Made by a program: the position numbers and the translations under genes. A stretch of 64,000 nt of DNA from an uncultured Bacteroidales bacterium. Lineage in GTDB: Bacteria; Bacteroidota; Bacteroidia; Bacteroidales; UBA10428. The stretch covers positions 722,443 through 786,442 of the forward strand of contig CAVPIY010000012.1 in the NCBI GenBank assembly GCA_963705125.1. The letters are read 5' to 3'. The notes under the pieces were generated by a model. The model worked only from the letters and a program-made list of their open reading frames with translations, was not told the origin of the DNA and ran no database searches. Numbering within the stretch: position 1 is the stretch's first letter; each line of letters starts with the position of its first letter. Of this stretch, positions 61,334 to 64,000 are shown piece by piece.

Positions 61334-64000
61334 TTACTTCACGCTGAAATGATACTCCCCCGACCCTACCATCAAAATCGTCCTGCCATTCTCATATCCG
61401 ATGACCTTCAAGTCTGCGTTCTTTCCGACCAGCATTCCATTTTCAGACACCCCGTCGGGATTCCCCGAAGGAATATACAGGACCGCTGTGGTATTGCACG
61501 GAATCGTCACATCCAGGCTGAATGCTTCGTTTTCATTCCTCCAGTTGCTCACGATTTTTCCGTACGGTGATTCCATTTCAGCTTTGGCCCACTGAAGCTG
61601 CCCGGTTAAGCACGGCTTTACCAGGAAATGTTTAAACCCTGGTTCATCCGGTGAGGGTCTGATACCTCCGGCACACTCGTGGAAGAAAGCAGCAAAACCC
61701 GAATTCATGGGATGGTTGAAGGATGCTTCCCTTTTCACCGATGGATCTTTATAATCCAAAGGAACCTCCGGCCATGTGGTCAGATCACAGGATAGTGAAT
61801 ATGCCAGGCTGGGGAATGAGGGAACAGTCATGATACGGTAAGCGAGCTCATCCTTTCCATTCTCACATAAAACCGAATAAATCCGCTGGCCATGAATGCC
61901 CGTGGCATGGTGACCCTGATGCAAATCATTGATGTCATTTACAAGCCCGGCCATGACGGGAGCGATCTTCTCTTCAGGGATCAGGCCAGCCCTGTATGCC
62001 GATACGATACCGGTCTGGCTTCCATATGTCCAGTATTCTGTGCCTTTGACGGGCCTCAGGTAGGCTTTGTTGAAGCTCGCTTTTACCTCATCCATTTTCT
62101 GGCGGCACCAGACGGCATAAGGTTCATCCTTGAATTTAGGGGCCATGAATTCCAGTATATCCAGCATTTTATAAAAAAATGCCGTGGAAGTAAGCTCAGG
62201 CGGGCATTCCATTTTTTCATTGCTTCCCGGCGGACACCAGTCCCCATAACCATTTTGGATAATACCATTCTTGTCTTCGTAGCGCAGGGTATAGGTAATA
62301 AAATCTTTCATATGCGGGTAGAAATCGCTGAATACCCTGATGTCACCGTTATACAGATAAAGGTAATAGGGTATAAATACAATGGCCGCGCCCCAATCGA
62401 CCCTGGCTTCCTGGCAAATCCGCTTCCCCGTGGAAATGTTCCCCGGGATGCCGGGAGTTGCCGGTTCCCCGAGATAGGTCTCCCCTCCTCTGCCGAGCTG
62501 ACTTTTAATATCAGCCATGTATTTGGTAAAAAAGAGGGCCATGTCAAAGTTGAAAAGATCTGTTTCAGCCGTGCCGTGCGCGTCACCAAGCCATCCGCAT
62601 TTCTCGCGTGCCGGACAATCTTCGGTTATGCTGTGGAGGTTGTCCACGATCGTCCAGAGCGAGGTTTCATAGATGCTGTTCAGCAGGGTATCAGCCGAGG
62701 CAAAGTTGCCGGTCCTCTCTACGGAACTATGGACCAGAATTCCCTGCAGGGTTCCGGTATCCGGCTGTTGTGTCAATCCATCGACCTCGATATACCGGAA
62801 TCCGGCATAGGTGAACCGGGGCTCCCATTCCTCCAGGCCACTGCCTTTACAAACATAGATATTGGTCTGGATCATGCCGGTATGTTGATGCCCTAGGGAG
62901 GCAAAATCCAGTTCGCGGCCTGCTGCATCCAGGTTCTCAGCCAAGCGCATGGTGATCTGCCTGCCGGCTTGCTCCCTGACCCGGATCCTGGCCCATCCGG
63001 CGATGTTCTGCCCAAGATCAAAAATCCATTTCCCGCTGGCCGACTGAAATATCTTCACAGGGGTGAGGGTTTTCATCCTTTTAATGGGAGGCAGCAACTG
63101 GGACCGCAGGCTGTCGGCAGGTGCATCCACCAAAATGGCCTGCTGCCAGGACTCATCCCCGAAACCGGCATCTGTCCAGCCCTCTTTTTCTTCCCGGGCA
63201 TCATAACTTTCGCCCCCATACACATTATCGAACAAAACCGGACCGGTGGAAGCCTTCCAGTCGGGTCCGGTAGCCAGACTGTCCTGGGTACCGTCGTTGT
63301 ATTCAATCCATATTTTGCATTTCATCCGGGGAGAACCATAATTGAGCCATTCGGCAAAACCGATGTTTTGTCCGTAAAAGCCACTGCCCAGCATTACGCC
63401 AACGGCGTTTTCACCTTTTTTCAGCATGGTCGTAATGTCATGCGTCACATACAGGGAAAATACATCATAGTTGGTCTGTCCCGGGTCGAGCACATTTTCA
63501 CCTGCTTTTTTCCCATTGACATATAATTCGGCATAACCCAGGCCCGAAATATACGCCATGGCATTCCGGATCTTTTTGGTGACGGTAAATTCCTTCCTGA
63601 ACAAAGGAGAAGGATGGGATTTTTTCATCACCGGTTCTTTCATTAGAAAATTCTGAAAAGGTCTTTCACTGAGCGGAGATGTTCGGGTATCCTCCTTAGG
63701 ACCGATCCATTCTGCCCCATTCCAGTCATCTTTCGTCAGAAGAGCCATCCTCCATGTTGCGGTTTTTGACCAACATGAAGGTTTGCCATCCTGGTCCCAG
63801 ATGCGGACCTTCCAATAACAATGCTGGCGCGACCTGAGCTCGGACCCGGCATAGATAACCTGTGTTGAACTGGATGATTCCACAATTCCGCTGTTCCACA
63901 GATCCCCGGTATTTTTATCAATCATCTTACGGCTGCTTGAAACCAGGACCTGATATGACTTCTGGCTAAGGTTTCTTAATTCAGGTGAAGCAGGTTCAAG
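61334..64000 (-). CDS. GH78 alpha-L-rhamnosidase (N-terminus lies outside the window)
   Basis: The frame stays open to the window edge. SYQVLVSSS...DLWNSG...YWKVRIWDQDGKPSCWS is typical of the GH78 N-terminal domain. A large (alpha/alpha)6-like region follows. Confidence 0.75.
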   Translation of the reverse strand, partial: LEPASPELRNLSQKSYQVLVSSSRKMIDKNTGDLWNSGIVESSSSTQVIYAGSELRSRQHCYWKVRIWDQDGKPSCWSKTATWRMALLTKDDWNGAEWIGPKEDTRTSPLSERPFQNFLMKEPVMKKSHPSPLFRKEFTVTKKIRNAMAYISGLGYAELYVNGKKAGENVLDPGQTNYDVFSLYVTHDITTMLKKGENAVGVMLGSGFYGQNIGFAEWLNYGSPRMKCKIWIEYNDGTQDSLATGPDWKASTGPVLFDNVYGGESYDAREEKEGWTDAGFGDESWQQAILVDAPADSLRSQLLPPIKRMKTLTPVKIFQSASGKWIFDLGQNIAGWARIRVREQAGRQITMRLAENLDAAGRELDFASLGHQHTGMIQTNIYVCKGSGLEEWEPRFTYAGFRYIEVDGLTQQPDTGTLQGILVHSSVERTGNFASADTLLNSIYETSLWTIVDNLHSITEDCPAREKCGWLGDAHGTAETDLFNFDMALFFTKYMADIKSQLGRGGETYLGEPATPGIPGNISTGKRICQEARVDWGAAIVFIPYYLYLYNGDIRVFSDFYPHMKDFITYTLRYEDKNGIIQNGYGDWCPPGSNEKMECPPELTSTAFFYKMLDILEFMAPKFKDEPYAVWCRQKMDEVKASFNKAYLRPVKGTEYWTYGSQTGIVSAYRAGLIPEEKIAPVMAGLVNDINDLHQGHHATGIHGQRIYSVLCENGKDELAYRIMTVPSFPSLAYSLSCDLTTWPEVPLDYKDPSVKREASFNHPMNSGFAAFFHECAGGIRPSPDEPGFKHFLVKPCLTGQLQWAKAEMESPYGKIVSNWRNENEAFSLDVTIPCNTTAVLYIPSGNPDGVSENGMLVGKNADLKVIGYENGRTILMVGSGEYHFSVK

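Noticed and set aside
713-64000. Many 60-210-aa ORFs in the six-frame track lie antisense to, or out of frame with, long homology-supported genes. Examples are 784-1155(-), 1580-2044(-), 3511-3978(+), 10637-11152(+), 17147-17785(+), 31701-32321(+), 54679-55194(+), 59159-59689(+) and 61892-62896(+).
   Set aside because: They overlap genes with clear family signatures on the other strand or frame. They have low-complexity or Arg/Ser/Pro-rich shadow-ORF composition and show no motifs of their own.

Overview
This is a Bacteroidota-type chromosomal segment. The evidence is three T9SS C-terminal sorting domains, a CarboxypepD_reg-type TonB-dependent receptor, and TAnnTTTG -7 boxes. I saw no rRNA, tRNA, CRISPR array, transposase or integrase.

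Gene content by region:
- 1-20 kb holds mixed housekeeping genes: hypF'-hypC-hypD, lnt, xseBA, a T9SS S8 peptidase, a DUF362 protein, a URO-D-like protein, dnaK, panB and an RluA-type synthase. It also holds an operon of Tat-signal enolase-superfamily enzyme, BASS symporter and signal-peptide RraA-like protein.
- 18.4-25 kb holds a TolC / ABC-ATPase / HlyD efflux operon, divergent from a sigma54-type response regulator and histidine kinase.
- 25.6-29.2 kb is the most unusual module. It is bounded by repeats and encodes an ArsM-like methyltransferase, a 32-aa Cys-rich ORF, a radical-SAM/SPASM enzyme with a ~90-aa N-terminal extension, and a thioredoxin-thioredoxin reductase fusion.
- 29.3-64 kb is a minus-strand glycan-utilisation locus without SusD. 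It contains 2 GH127-like genes, beta-propeller hydrolases, PA14 and fasciclin T9SS cargo proteins, a TonB receptor, 2 sulfatases, a GH78 gene, GH106-like paralogs, an embedded URO-D-like gene and a 968-aa unknown.

Two caveats and patterns apply to the whole window:
- Many reading frames are broken by 1-nt homopolymer length changes, in a patchy distribution. These are most likely sequence errors, so I report the affected genes as merged, disrupted spans.
- Intergenic DNA is rich in three repeat classes: heptanucleotide tandem arrays, a nested palindromic element (4 copies), and arrays of 17-nt mini-hairpins.
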